NCBI GenBank assembly: GCA_965248265.1
Contig: CBDFJF010000001.1
Location: forward strand, 2,880,001-2,944,000
Length of the DNA: 64,000 nucleotides
DNA from: Candidatus Latescibacterota bacterium
GTDB lineage: Bacteria; Latescibacterota; UBA2968; UBA8231
Direction: 5' to 3'
The position numbers and the translations under genes are program-made. This document shows positions 40,102-48,878 of the stretch, in pieces. How positions within the stretch are numbered: position 1 is the stretch's first letter; every line of letters begins with the position of its first letter. The notes under the pieces are model-generated. The model ran no database searches and had not been told where the DNA came from. It saw nothing but the letters and a program-made list of their open reading frames with translations.

Positions 40102-40938
40102 TCAAAACGCGATCGCTTCGTAGTCATCGAGATCCCCCAACTGCGAAGGCGCTTCCTCTTCGCTTTCGAGATCACCGTCGTCCAGGTACCCCGCCACACC
40201 CCCTCGGTCACAGAAGGAGCGGTACACGCAGAACATGCACTTCTTCTCATCCGTCGTGAGCCCGAACGAGCCCCGCTCGCGACTCAGGATCTCGTCGACC
40301 AGGCCACCCAGGTAGGCCTCGTCCTGGCCATACTGCTCCTCATTGTAGGCAAAGACCTCCGGATCATCCGGAAAATCCGAGTACCAGTAGACCATCTCGA
40401 TTTCGTCCGGCGTCAGCGGCTTGCCATCGGCGAGTGCTGCTCCCGCCTGAAGCAACAGGTAGGGATAGATCCGCGTCTGCAGTCGATCCGTCAGCCATTC
40501 TCTAGTGTGTCTGCGACGCCAGGTCTTCCAGTCAAAGATGCGGGCGCGGCGCATGTCTTCTGCATCACCATTGCCGATGACGATCAGATCACACGTCGCC
40601 ACTAGCGTGCTGACGCCGATGGTCCCAACCAGCGTCTTCTCGGCGAACCGCTCTCCATCGACATCAGCCGGCCGCTGCACCATATAACTGTTCCACCAGC
40701 GCGAGATATCGGCATCCTTGGCGGAATCAGGCACCGGCACCGAAATGCCCAACACGTCACGGTGAACCATTTCGTGGAAGCGGCGACCATCGACCATGTG
40801 GCGCTCGCTCTGCAGCAGCGGCTCGCTTTCCACCGCCGGCCACTTGAGCTCTTCGAGGTAGCTCAGTTCATAGCGGCGGGCGCAGTCGACGTAGGCCTGC
40901 AGGCTGTGGGCGCTGAAGGAGAGTTGTTTATCCGTCAC
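40102..40938 (-). CDS. Stand-alone PD-(D/E)XK nuclease (AddB/Cas4-like, 1+3 Cys Fe-S motif)
   Basis: FSAHSLQAYVDCARRY, G..FH, CDLI, IFDWKT, QTRIY, CMFCVYRSFC; acidic tail; GTG start at 40938 preferred. Confidence 0.88.
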   Translation of the reverse strand: MTDKQLSFSAHSLQAYVDCARRYELSYLEELKWPAVESEPLLQSERHMVDGRRFHEMVHRDVLGISVPVPDSAKDADISRWWNSYMVQRPADVDGERFAEKTLVGTIGVSTLVATCDLIVIGNGDAEDMRRARIFDWKTWRRRHTREWLTDRLQTRIYPYLLLQAGAALADGKPLTPDEIEMVYWYSDFPDDPEVFAYNEEQYGQDEAYLGGLVDEILSRERGSFGLTTDEKKCMFCVYRSFCDRGGVAGYLDDGDLESEEEAPSQLGDLDDYEAIAF

Positions 40939-43207
40939 TATCACGTGCCCCCCCCATCGAATCCCGCAGCGCCACAAAAGCGAGCGCCGGCTTGTTGCTC
41001 CCGCGGGGCCCGACATTGCTCGTCACCATCAGCTCCTTGCGCGCCCGCGTGATCCCTACGTAGAGCAACCGCAACCGCTCGCGTGCATAGTCATACCGCG
41101 CCTCCATTGTCGCCGAGCCCTCCAGGTACTCCGTACCATCTATGGCTGCATCGAGCTGGCCCAGGGTTTCGTCTGCCAGACTGAGATTATCCCTCACGAA
41201 CCAGCGCTCCGACCGGAAGCTGTCCGTCGGCTCGCCCGCGGGGAATTCATAGTCACTCACTGCCAGCAGGTAGACGCGGTCCCACTCCAGGCCCTTGGCC
41301 CCATGCATGGTCGCCACCACCACTTCGCCCTTGTGGGCCTCCGGCTCGAAGCCGGTCTTGTCGGTCTCGATCGAGCGCAGTTTGCGCTGGTCGCGGGCGA
41401 TGACGACGAGCTCGGCCTCCATCTCCGCCAGCGTCGTCGGCCGGCCTTCGACACCCAGGTTGTACTGCGAGCGCTCCTGCAGGATTTCCCCGAACAGCTG
41501 CGTCATCGCCAGCTTCTCCGGCTCGTCGAACAGATCCTGAGCGATCGCCGTGAGCAGCTCCCCGATCGGCAGCAGCACCAGGGCGTGCCAGCGCTGCAGC
41601 TGCTCGCGGAAGCGCTCGAAGTAGGACATCGTGCTCGCCGGAATCTCGCCCGTGCCCAGACCAGCACTCGATCCTTCTTCCCCTCCAGCCAGCGGCCAGA
41701 CGAACTCCTCGCTACGGACGCATCGCTGCAACAGCGTCAGATGTATTTCCAGCAGTTCCAGCCCCTCGTCCGATTCGGCTTCCTTCAACACCCGCGTGAA
41801 CCAGACCTTGTACACGGCGACCAGAGTCCGGTGGGCATCCGGATGCGCCAGGTGCTTGAGAATCAGGCTGAGAGCACCGGCCGCTTCCCGCGTCGACGTC
41901 GTCAGGCGCAACATCGCATCCGTACACGGCACCCGTGCCTTGCGCAGGATTTTGATCACTTCGGCCCCGCGCGCGTTCGTCGGCACCAGGATGGCGACGG
42001 TTGCGTCCCCATTGGCCGGCAGCCATTTCTTGATCGATTCCACGACCCGGACCAGCTCCGCCTCCGGTGATTCGTCGTTGAAATGGAAGGCCACTCTGCA
42101 GGCATCCTCCGGAGGATTGGGTTGCGGATCGCCCGGCGGCGTCGGTTCGATGTTGGGCAAGGAGAGCGCGCTGCGCATTGCTTCGACGGGGTGATCCTCA
42201 CTCGCCCAGCGGATCAGCTCGTTGGCCATGCCGATGATGGGCAACCCCGAGCGTCCTGAATTGGGTAGATCGTGCTTGGCGTCGGCTTCTTCCAGAAAGG
42301 CGCGCAGGTACTTCGGGTGCGCGGTGGTGAAGGTCTCGTAGATCGCCTGGTTGGGATCGCCAACGCGGACCCAGTTGCCGCCCTCGCCCACCAACCGGCG
42401 CAGAATCTGCTCCTGCAGGGCGCTGCTGTCCTGGGCTTCGTCTTCGAGAATGAAGGGCCAGCGCTGGCGCAGGTTCTCGACCAGGGTCTCATCAGCGTCG
42501 AGGGCGCGAATCGCCATCGTGATCAGGTCGTTGAAGTCGAGGGATGCCCGCGTTGCCAGACCGTGCTCGTAGCGCTCGTACACATCCACCGCCAGCTTGA
42601 TCAGCATGGAACTGTCATCCGTGAGCCGATCGCGTACGGCCTGCGGCGTCTGCTGGCGGCTCTTGAGGTGCGCGATGGCGTTGCCGACGACCTGTTGCAG
42701 CAGTGCGGGCAGATCGTCGGTGACAATCTTGCGCCGCCGGAAATCGTTCATGTCTTCAATCAGGTAGCGCGCCAGACCCTCTTTGTATCGCGGGTAGGAA
42801 GCGCGAAACGCCGTGCGCAGAATCGAGTCGGCGATACGCTCGTCGACGACGGAGAAGTTGGTCTCCAGTCCTACAATCGACGGCGACTGCGACACGATCT
42901 CGTGCGCCAGGCTGTGCAGGGTGCGCACCCGGTAACCCAGACCGGGGAGCAGACCCTGCTCGGAGAGAAACCCACCAATGCGCTGGCGGAAGTTGTCGAC
43001 GGCCGAATTGACCAGCGTCACGATCAGGACTTCCTGCCGGCCCTGCAGCGCCCCACTGGAGATCAGGGATACAGCGACCTGCGACAGGGTCCAGGTTTTA
43101 CCGCTGCCCGGCACCGCGGCGATGCCCATGGTGCCGCCGGCGTAGCCGAGGATGGCTTGCTGGGCGGGGCGCAGCTGGGTTGGGGAATGAGGCGAGGGTG
43201 ATGTCAC
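40928..43207 (-). CDS. UvrD/PcrA-like SF1A ATP-dependent DNA helicase without fused nuclease
   Basis: AVPGSGKT, RTLHSLA, EDEAQD, VGDPNQAIY, TMHGAKGLEWD, RLLYVGITRAR. Confidence 0.92.
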   Translation of the reverse strand: MTSPSPHSPTQLRPAQQAILGYAGGTMGIAAVPGSGKTWTLSQVAVSLISSGALQGRQEVLIVTLVNSAVDNFRQRIGGFLSEQGLLPGLGYRVRTLHSLAHEIVSQSPSIVGLETNFSVVDERIADSILRTAFRASYPRYKEGLARYLIEDMNDFRRRKIVTDDLPALLQQVVGNAIAHLKSRQQTPQAVRDRLTDDSSMLIKLAVDVYERYEHGLATRASLDFNDLITMAIRALDADETLVENLRQRWPFILEDEAQDSSALQEQILRRLVGEGGNWVRVGDPNQAIYETFTTAHPKYLRAFLEEADAKHDLPNSGRSGLPIIGMANELIRWASEDHPVEAMRSALSLPNIEPTPPGDPQPNPPEDACRVAFHFNDESPEAELVRVVESIKKWLPANGDATVAILVPTNARGAEVIKILRKARVPCTDAMLRLTTSTREAAGALSLILKHLAHPDAHRTLVAVYKVWFTRVLKEAESDEGLELLEIHLTLLQRCVRSEEFVWPLAGGEEGSSAGLGTGEIPASTMSYFERFREQLQRWHALVLLPIGELLTAIAQDLFDEPEKLAMTQLFGEILQERSQYNLGVEGRPTTLAEMEAELVVIARDQRKLRSIETDKTGFEPEAHKGEVVVATMHGAKGLEWDRVYLLAVSDYEFPAGEPTDSFRSERWFVRDNLSLADETLGQLDAAIDGTEYLEGSATMEARYDYARERLRLLYVGITRARKELMVTSNVGPRGSNKPALAFVALRDSMGGARDSDG

Positions 43208-43282
43208 AGAGCCAGTTGCTTCCTGATCAACTGACAGAGGCTATCCTTGATCTCGTTGTGCCTTGGAACCGAGGCACGGCGA
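43204..43282 (-). pseudogene. hicA: HicA toxin C-terminal remnant
   Basis: RRASVPRHNEIKDSLCQLIRKQLAL* directly after the hicB stop; N-terminus and catalytic His region missing; its stop overlaps the helicase GTG (GTGA). Confidence 0.8.
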
Positions 43283-43492
43283 TTACAGTTCCAGAGACAC
43301 CGATTTTGTGCTGACCGAGACGATGTCAGGTGGTGTATCTTCATCGGCCAACACGAGCCGGTAGGAATTCTGGATGTTCTGTTCGAGCTCATCCAGCGTC
43401 TCTCCCTGGCTGAAAACACCCGGCACTTCCTTCAACCGCCCGATGTACCAATCATCCTCAATCCAGTACTCAAGCGTAAACTGCCGTGACAT
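43283..43492 (-). CDS. hicB: HicB family antitoxin (short form)
   Basis: FTLEYW, WYIGRLKEVPGVFSQGETLDELEQNI. Confidence 0.9.
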   Translation of the reverse strand: MSRQFTLEYWIEDDWYIGRLKEVPGVFSQGETLDELEQNIQNSYRLVLADEDTPPDIVSVSTKSVSLEL

Positions 43493-43497
43493 GAGAC

Positions 43498-43770
43498 TCA
43501 GCTTAGTCGCTCGTTGGCTGCGGTGGACGCAGCGACAGTCGGCCGGCTTTCCAGGTAAAGTGTGTCATAGCTCAAATCAACTCCGCTTGGCCATTCCACT
43601 GAACCGGCCACGACCCTTGCCGCCTGGAAGCTCGCCTCGTTCTGCAGACGGACGAAGACTCCTCGGTTGAGATAAGGCGTCAAGTCGAATATCCGTTGTT
43701 CGCCGTTTTCGAAGACTAGCTCCAGCTGGTAATCGTTCAGCGGGTGTACGAGTCTCACGTGTGGATTCAC
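43498..43770 (-). CDS. DUF2442 domain protein (predicted antitoxin)
   Basis: VHPLNDYQLELVFENGEQRIFDLTPYL, SVEWPSGVDLSYDTLY. Confidence 0.88.
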   Translation of the reverse strand: MNPHVRLVHPLNDYQLELVFENGEQRIFDLTPYLNRGVFVRLQNEASFQAARVVAGSVEWPSGVDLSYDTLYLESRPTVAASTAANERLS

Positions 43771-43838
43771 AGGTGCTGCCTGTCATCAAAAAAATACATC
43801 CTGATCACAATACCATAAAACGTCGACAGAATCGGCAT
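43767..43838 (-). pseudogene. DUF4160 (predicted toxin) N-terminal remnant
   Basis: Manual translation MPILSTFYGIVIRMYFFDDRQHL*, the DUF4160 N-terminus ending before the PHFH motif; keeps the GTGA overlap with DUF2442. Confidence 0.8.
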
Positions 43839-43851
43839 TGGTACTTGCCAC

Positions 43852-43929
43852 TCAATGTACGGCTGTGAATGGGCAGATGCTAAGCGGTCTCACCCCGGCA
43901 CCCGGACAAAAATCAACGAGTGTGTTCAT
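43852..43929 (-). pseudogene. PIN/VapC toxin 5' remnant
   Basis: MNTLVD overlaps the antitoxin end (...ALSDEHTR*) in vapB/vapC fashion, then diverges and stops after 25 codons. Confidence 0.6.
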
Positions 43930-44176
43930 CCGACAGCGCCTCGCCCAAGTGCCAGTCATGTTCGACAGCGCCAGAGGTGTCCAGACTCTCACCGAGGCCG
44001 ACGATGGACATGAAGACGTCCCTGGTGAATTGCTGCTGCTCGGTGTCACCAGCCAGATAGTCGGCGACAAGCCCGCGCACCAACTCAGCCATCGAGACAT
44101 TCTTCCTGCCTGCCGCGAGTTTGAGCCTGCGATGGTCGGCGGGATCGAGATAGATCTGCAGTCGCACATAGCCCAT
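43913..44176 (-). CDS. Ribbon-helix-helix antitoxin, VapB-like
   Basis: MGYVRLQIYLD...LKLAAGRKNVSMAELVRGLV, SIVGLGES, EHDWHL; ATG at 44176. Confidence 0.82.
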   Translation of the reverse strand: MGYVRLQIYLDPADHRRLKLAAGRKNVSMAELVRGLVADYLAGDTEQQQFTRDVFMSIVGLGESLDTSGAVEHDWHLGEALSDEHTR

Positions 44177-44186
44177 GGCGCATCTC

Positions 44187-44462
44187 CTACCCGTACCGCT
44201 CCACGTACAGATCCAGCACACGCCGCACCATCTGCTGATAGGGCATCCCGTGCTTTGATGAGTTGCGCTTGAAGAACTCGACGCTTCGCTGGCTCAGATT
44301 GAGCGTCACCTTCACGGTTTCTTCCTTCAAGAAGAGTTGCTCCGGCGGCGGGAGGAAATCCTCAACAGTTTCCGCTTCGTCGATTGCTCTGGCGATTTCG
44401 AGGGGAGCTGCTACGTATTTCGCTCGCGCCTCACGTACTCGAGTCGTCTTTTTGGCCATCAT
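44187..44462 (-). CDS. brnA: BrnA/CopG-type antitoxin
   Basis: DFLPPPEQL, TVKVTLNLS, GMPYQQMVRRVLDLY. Confidence 0.82.
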   Translation of the reverse strand: MMAKKTTRVREARAKYVAAPLEIARAIDEAETVEDFLPPPEQLFLKEETVKVTLNLSQRSVEFFKRNSSKHGMPYQQMVRRVLDLYVERYG

Positions 44463-44718
44463 ACCTTCTCCTTCCTTCGCGCCAGTACCCGGCCCCGAAA
44501 ATCCTGATCCGATTTGCCCGCATCGTGAAACGGACCGTCAGCACCCTTTCATCCACCAGACCGAAACAGAAGTACCGAGACTCCTTTGCAGTCGAGTGCT
44601 TGCGATCTCTGGCAATTACCCGGGCGGGATCTAGAAATGCTCGTTGTGCCTCTGCGAAGGACACACCATGCTTGCGCACGTTTTCCGCATCCTTCTGGTC
44701 GTCCCATTCGAAGTCCAT
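44431..44718 (-). CDS. brnT: BrnT family toxin (intact)
   Basis: FEWDDQKDAENVRKHGVSF, ESRYFCFG, VRFTMR, IRIFGAGYWR. Confidence 0.92.
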   Translation of the reverse strand: MDFEWDDQKDAENVRKHGVSFAEAQRAFLDPARVIARDRKHSTAKESRYFCFGLVDERVLTVRFTMRANRIRIFGAGYWREGRRRYDGQKDDSST

Positions 44719-44721
44719 GCC

Positions 44722-44749
44722 GTATGTATATGTGGATGTCTATACATAC
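44722..44749 (-). promoter_or_regulatory. AT-rich inverted repeat, probable BrnTA operator
   Basis: GTATGTATA (44722-44730)-N10-TATACATAC (44741-44749), 3 bp from the brnT start. Confidence 0.65.
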
Positions 44750-44765
44750 AAATATACAGAGACGA

Positions 44766-44800
44766 GTAGGGACGGCAAGCCCGCCGCGCGTCATCCCCAC
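44766..44800. repeat. REP-like imperfect palindrome at the boundary of the TA string
   Basis: GTAGGGACG...CGTCATCCCCAC (GTAG-headed stem). Confidence 0.35.
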
Positions 44801-44802
44801 GG

Positions 44803-46923
44803 TCACACTTCATACACCCCCTCAGCCTCCGGCACCACCCCCAACCCCCGCAACGCATGCCCAAGCGCCACCAGCAGATCCCCCGTCTGCTCCTGCCCAT
44901 GCGCGCTGAGTTCGCTATTAAACAGGTACACCGAGTCCGTGCAGCGCCTCACCAACCCCGAAACCATGCACGTAAGCCTCTCCGTCTCGAACTTCGCCTC
45001 CCAGGCCGATGACCATTCCTCCTCCTGGGTGTTCCAGTCACGGCTGAGCACGTAGGGGTTGGTCAGGGGTTGATGGATGCGCCGGTGCCAGGCCGGCGAT
45101 CCCACATCCAGCCACAGCTGATGGGCGTAGGTGCGATTGCGCAGCAGGAAGGTGTGCGCCGGCGCGATCAGGACTGAAGTCGATGGATCCGCCCAGTTCA
45201 TCGAGTAGAACGCGGAGACGACGCCCTCCTGCACCATCTCGACGTAGGCTTTGCCGACGGCTTCACCCTCGTCCCCCGAGGCCTCGGCCACGGCGCGCCG
45301 GAATTTCTGCGCCGATTCGACCAGACTGGCCACCTGCATGCCGGCCGGCACGTCCTTGTGGAACCCGAAGCCGGGCTGGCTCAGCACCTCGCCGAACAAG
45401 CGGCTGAAGAACAGGTCGACGGGCAGATCCTCCTCGCTCTGATATTCCTCCAGCCAGGATCGCAGGACCTCGTAGCTCTCTCCCACGCGATAGGTGATTC
45501 GGTCGCGCGCTTGTGACGCTATTTCTTCGAATGACTTCAAACCGACTGCTTCATGCACTCCCTCGTACGCGACGGAGGCCAGCAGCGCCGCGCGCACCAG
45601 GTCCGCCGCACCAAGGAGCCGGTCGAACATGTGGGTGACCGCCTCCGGCGACGGCCGTTCCAGCCGCCATGACGGGTGCGCGAGCGCGGCCAGGGTCAGC
45701 AGCACCTTGGTGACCGGCTCGTCCCGCAGGGTCCGCGAGGGACGATGCACGTAATGGCTGATCTGCGCCGTGTCGAGACGCGTCGACAGGCCATAGTAGA
45801 GACTGTCGTTGAGGAACGGAGAGATGATGGCGATCTGAGCCGGCTCAATGCCGTTCTCGATCAGCTGCTCGACCTGACCCGTGACCCGCTGCACCATCTG
45901 GTGATGCAGCCGGTCGGAGAACACCTGCACGCGCCGCTTGTCGTCATTGTCAACATCACTGACTGCCCCGGCATCCGGTCGATCGCCAATCGCATCGCAC
46001 AACCTGCGCCCGAATACCTGCAGCGACTCCGGTACCGTTGCTGTCGATTCGATCAACTGACTGGCCGCGCACTCCTGCTTCAGCGTGTAGGCACTCAATG
46101 GATTGGCCGCGAGGAATTTTCGGAAGCCGGCATCACAGTCGTAGAGGATGAGGACGGATTCCAGTCGAGAATCGTCGTGGTTCATCCACAGGCGCACGAT
46201 GTCATGCGCCAGCGGAATGTCCTCCTCGCAATTGTCGTAGACGAGATGACGGTGCTGTCCGAACAGGTAATCGCGCAACGGCTGCGAGTGCCGGACCAGA
46301 TCCCAGAACAGGGTCAAATACAGCGAGAAGTCGAGCAGGTTGCCCTGCGCGCACAGTTGCCGGTAGGCCGCCACGGTGTTCGAGATCTCCTCGACGTGAC
46401 CGTCCGAAAGCTCGGTGCCGATCCTTGCTGAGCGCAGATAATCGCTCAACGCATCCAGGGGGATATAGTTGACGGCCGCCTTGTTGAGATTGTCCAGCAG
46501 CTGCGAGTAGAGCCGGTGCCGCGTCAGCTTCAGGTCGGCGAAGTACCCCTGTTCTATTAGAGGGGACACCAGCCGCGCCATGAAGTACTGGGCCACTTCG
46601 TAGGTCAGGAAGGTCGGCTCCTGTCCCTGCACGAAAGGATACTTCGACTGCGCCAGCACCTCCGGCCAGAACAGGGAGACATAGCGACGTGCCAGGCCTC
46701 CGATCGTCGCTTTGCCGAGGCCGTACCACGAGCGCTGATCGAAGGCTTCTTCGTAGGCGAGGGTGTAGCTGCGGTGGGGGGTGAGGAGGAGGATCCGGTC
46801 GGGCGCGACGCCATCGTCGATGAGGGAGCGGATGCGCTCGATGGCCTGCGTGGTTTTGCCGGCGCCGGCGGGGCCTTCGAGGAAGAGGGTCGGTTGGGTA
46901 TCGGGAGTCACCGCGGCCCACAT
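44803..46923 (-). CDS. Degenerate UvrD-like P-loop protein (AddB/AdnA-like partner subunit)
   Basis: Walker A GPAGAGKTT; GVAPDRILLL; LLDFSL; Walker B altered to VYDNCEED; QIAIISP; no nuclease domain. Confidence 0.75.
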   Translation of the reverse strand: MWAAVTPDTQPTLFLEGPAGAGKTTQAIERIRSLIDDGVAPDRILLLTPHRSYTLAYEEAFDQRSWYGLGKATIGGLARRYVSLFWPEVLAQSKYPFVQGQEPTFLTYEVAQYFMARLVSPLIEQGYFADLKLTRHRLYSQLLDNLNKAAVNYIPLDALSDYLRSARIGTELSDGHVEEISNTVAAYRQLCAQGNLLDFSLYLTLFWDLVRHSQPLRDYLFGQHRHLVYDNCEEDIPLAHDIVRLWMNHDDSRLESVLILYDCDAGFRKFLAANPLSAYTLKQECAASQLIESTATVPESLQVFGRRLCDAIGDRPDAGAVSDVDNDDKRRVQVFSDRLHHQMVQRVTGQVEQLIENGIEPAQIAIISPFLNDSLYYGLSTRLDTAQISHYVHRPSRTLRDEPVTKVLLTLAALAHPSWRLERPSPEAVTHMFDRLLGAADLVRAALLASVAYEGVHEAVGLKSFEEIASQARDRITYRVGESYEVLRSWLEEYQSEEDLPVDLFFSRLFGEVLSQPGFGFHKDVPAGMQVASLVESAQKFRRAVAEASGDEGEAVGKAYVEMVQEGVVSAFYSMNWADPSTSVLIAPAHTFLLRNRTYAHQLWLDVGSPAWHRRIHQPLTNPYVLSRDWNTQEEEWSSAWEAKFETERLTCMVSGLVRRCTDSVYLFNSELSAHGQEQTGDLLVALGHALRGLGVVPEAEGVYEV

Positions 46924-47300
46924 CAGGCAGCGCCATCCCTCTCGTCCAGCACCGCTTCCAGCATGACGAGGGCATCCCAGGCGGCGGGAAAACCGGCGTA
47001 GGCGGCAACCTGGAACAGGGCTTCGAAGATCTCCGGCAGCGAGGCGCCGTTGTTGAGGGCCATTTCGAGATTGAGCTTCAGGGCGTTGTCACGACCGAGG
47101 GCAGCCAGGACACAGATGCTGCAGAGCGAGCGTGTTTTCAGATCGATGCCGGGCCGGGTCCAGATGCGACCGCCGACGACGGTGACGACTTCGGTCTCGA
47201 AATCGGGACAGACGGACTTGAAGCGTTGGAGCAGAGCGTCGATGCGGTCGTCGCCGACCATCTTTCGGAATTGGGCTAGTCCGCGGTCGTAGTCGGTCAT
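46923..47300 (-). CDS. Carboxymuconolactone decarboxylase (CMD/PcaC-like) family protein
   Basis: IWTRPGIDLKTRSL, ALNNGAS, QVAAYAGFPAA; ATG at 47300; TGATG coupling to the next gene. Confidence 0.88.
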   Translation of the reverse strand: MTDYDRGLAQFRKMVGDDRIDALLQRFKSVCPDFETEVVTVVGGRIWTRPGIDLKTRSLCSICVLAALGRDNALKLNLEMALNNGASLPEIFEALFQVAAYAGFPAAWDALVMLEAVLDERDGAA

Positions 47301-47436
47301 GGCGCCGATGATATGGGTGATCATCAACCATATCAAGCGTATCGGTAAACGTCGGGCCTGTTACCACCTCAAGTCAACGGACAGCTTACCTCAAGTGTGG
47401 AGATCAAATCACATCGACCAGTGAAGTGAGACCTGT

Positions 47437-47560
47437 AGAGTACGCAGCGATGAGCGGCTGGCGCTGACCCGTCCACCAGACTGCGTGGGACAGTGAAGGT
47501 GCGTTGGTGTCCCCAGATGGCCACGATCCCCTGCCCAGTCCGCTCCATGGCATGTTATGC
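47437..47560 (-). mobile_element. Integron attC site (array-terminal, degenerate R')
   Basis: Minus strand: R'' GCATAAC-5 bp-L'' ATGGAGCGG ... L' CCGCTCAT-6 bp-GTACTCT; extra G in L''; 124 bp. Confidence 0.72.
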
Positions 47561-47661
47561 CTTCCCTGATTGTCAGTCAGCAACTCGTGTCGTAGTCGCA
47601 CGAGGCTGATCTATGGGGATGCCCGGCGAAATGTAGCTGGCATAACACAGGGACGGTCCAT

Positions 47662-48699
47662 TCACGCCGGCCAATTTGCTCGGGTGGCCTTCTTAATCTC
47701 GTCTGATAGGTCGAGGTGATCATCGCTGAGAATGATATACTGGTGCTCAGCCAAGCGTCTCAGGAGGTCCGTGAGGTCCTCTTCCGGATTGAGGACCCCG
47801 TTGTCTTGCATCCACTTGAGATGCCGGACGATCGATGGTCGCGACGCGTCACCTTGCCCCTTCTTCACATGGATGGTGCCGATCACAGAGATGGCGGACG
47901 GATCGTCCCTAAGCTTCTCGATGAACTGAGCGCGCATACGGATCTGATCTGATATACGTACCCGGTCATCAGCCAATCGACACAGCTCATCGAGACTCTG
48001 GAGTACAACACTCACGGAGCTACGCCCGAACGCAGCGGCCACCCCAGCGGAGTATGAGGCCATTTGTGGATCAGCCGATGCGTCGCTCTCCACCGCACGG
48101 TCTTGATACACAACGATGCGATCGAAGGCATTGTATACGCGCGTCAGACAGACCAGCGCTTTCTCATCTTTCATCGAGGCAGCTAGCTGCCCCATGAGAT
48201 GTCTACGCCCTGCCTGCGAGATACTCGCCTTACTTCTGCTGCCAATCGCGTGGAGTTCGGTGATGTAGCATAGTCGATCGAGATCGTCAATGGCCTCACC
48301 GACCAGAGTATCTAGTATTGCCTTGCTGGCCTTCTTGCGAGATCTCTCGTTGAGTGCGTTTGCGAGAGCAACCGCACCCAATGCGCCGACAAGTCCAGCA
48401 ATGGTTCCCAGGATGGCCAATATGCCAGAGTGTTCCTCCCACCAACTCTTCTCTAAGGCGGCTTCTATTCCCCGCAGGCGAGCTTCGATACGGTCGACTG
48501 ACGATCCTGAGCCTTCTGCATCTCTGGACATGCTGTCTGTAGCTGTCTCGCGCGCTGATCCCTGAACCACAGTAGCGGGTGGGACGCTCGCGCTGGACGC
48601 ATTGGCGTGACCTGCCTGCAACATGAGTGAGAGCAGAGCCAGGATTGTCAGCCAGCATACCTGAGAGTGCAGGCAGTTGAACCGGGCTTCTACTGCCAC
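47662..48699 (-). CDS. Hypothetical integron-cassette membrane protein
   Basis: GTG at 48699 with GGGGGAG RBS; signal peptide, short coil, TM GILAILGTIAGLVGALGAVALA, helical domain; flanked by attC sites. Confidence 0.65.
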   Translation of the reverse strand: MAVEARFNCLHSQVCWLTILALLSLMLQAGHANASSASVPPATVVQGSARETATDSMSRDAEGSGSSVDRIEARLRGIEAALEKSWWEEHSGILAILGTIAGLVGALGAVALANALNERSRKKASKAILDTLVGEAIDDLDRLCYITELHAIGSRSKASISQAGRRHLMGQLAASMKDEKALVCLTRVYNAFDRIVVYQDRAVESDASADPQMASYSAGVAAAFGRSSVSVVLQSLDELCRLADDRVRISDQIRMRAQFIEKLRDDPSAISVIGTIHVKKGQGDASRPSIVRHLKWMQDNGVLNPEEDLTDLLRRLAEHQYIILSDDHLDLSDEIKKATRANWPA

Positions 48700-48735
48700 T
48701 GGACACGCTCCCCCAATGATCTCATTTCTCCCCTC

Positions 48736-48858
48736 GCACAACGCACGGTTCAGCAGTGTGCGGAACCACCGCTCGACACCTGATTCCCAGTTCGCTCAGC
48801 TGACATCCCGCCCGCTTACGATTCACTATCAGTCCGCCTGCTGCAACCCCTGTTATGC
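48736..48858 (-). mobile_element. Integron attC site
   Basis: Minus strand: R'' GCATAAC-5 bp-L'' TTGCAGCAG GCGGA ... TCCGC ACA L' CTGCTGAA-6 bp-R' GTTGTGC; extra G in L''; 123 bp. Confidence 0.82.
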
Positions 48859-48878
48859 CTCTCAAACAAGCATGTGGT

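Noticed and set aside
40102-40938. Cas4 gene / CRISPR-Cas locus
   Set aside because: The nuclease is Cas4-like, but there is no cas1/cas2 or repeat-spacer array, and the context is helicase plus RecJ.
43204-44800. TA string as integron cassettes
   Set aside because: No RYYYAAC...GTTRRRY attC structure lies between these modules; they are directly abutted.
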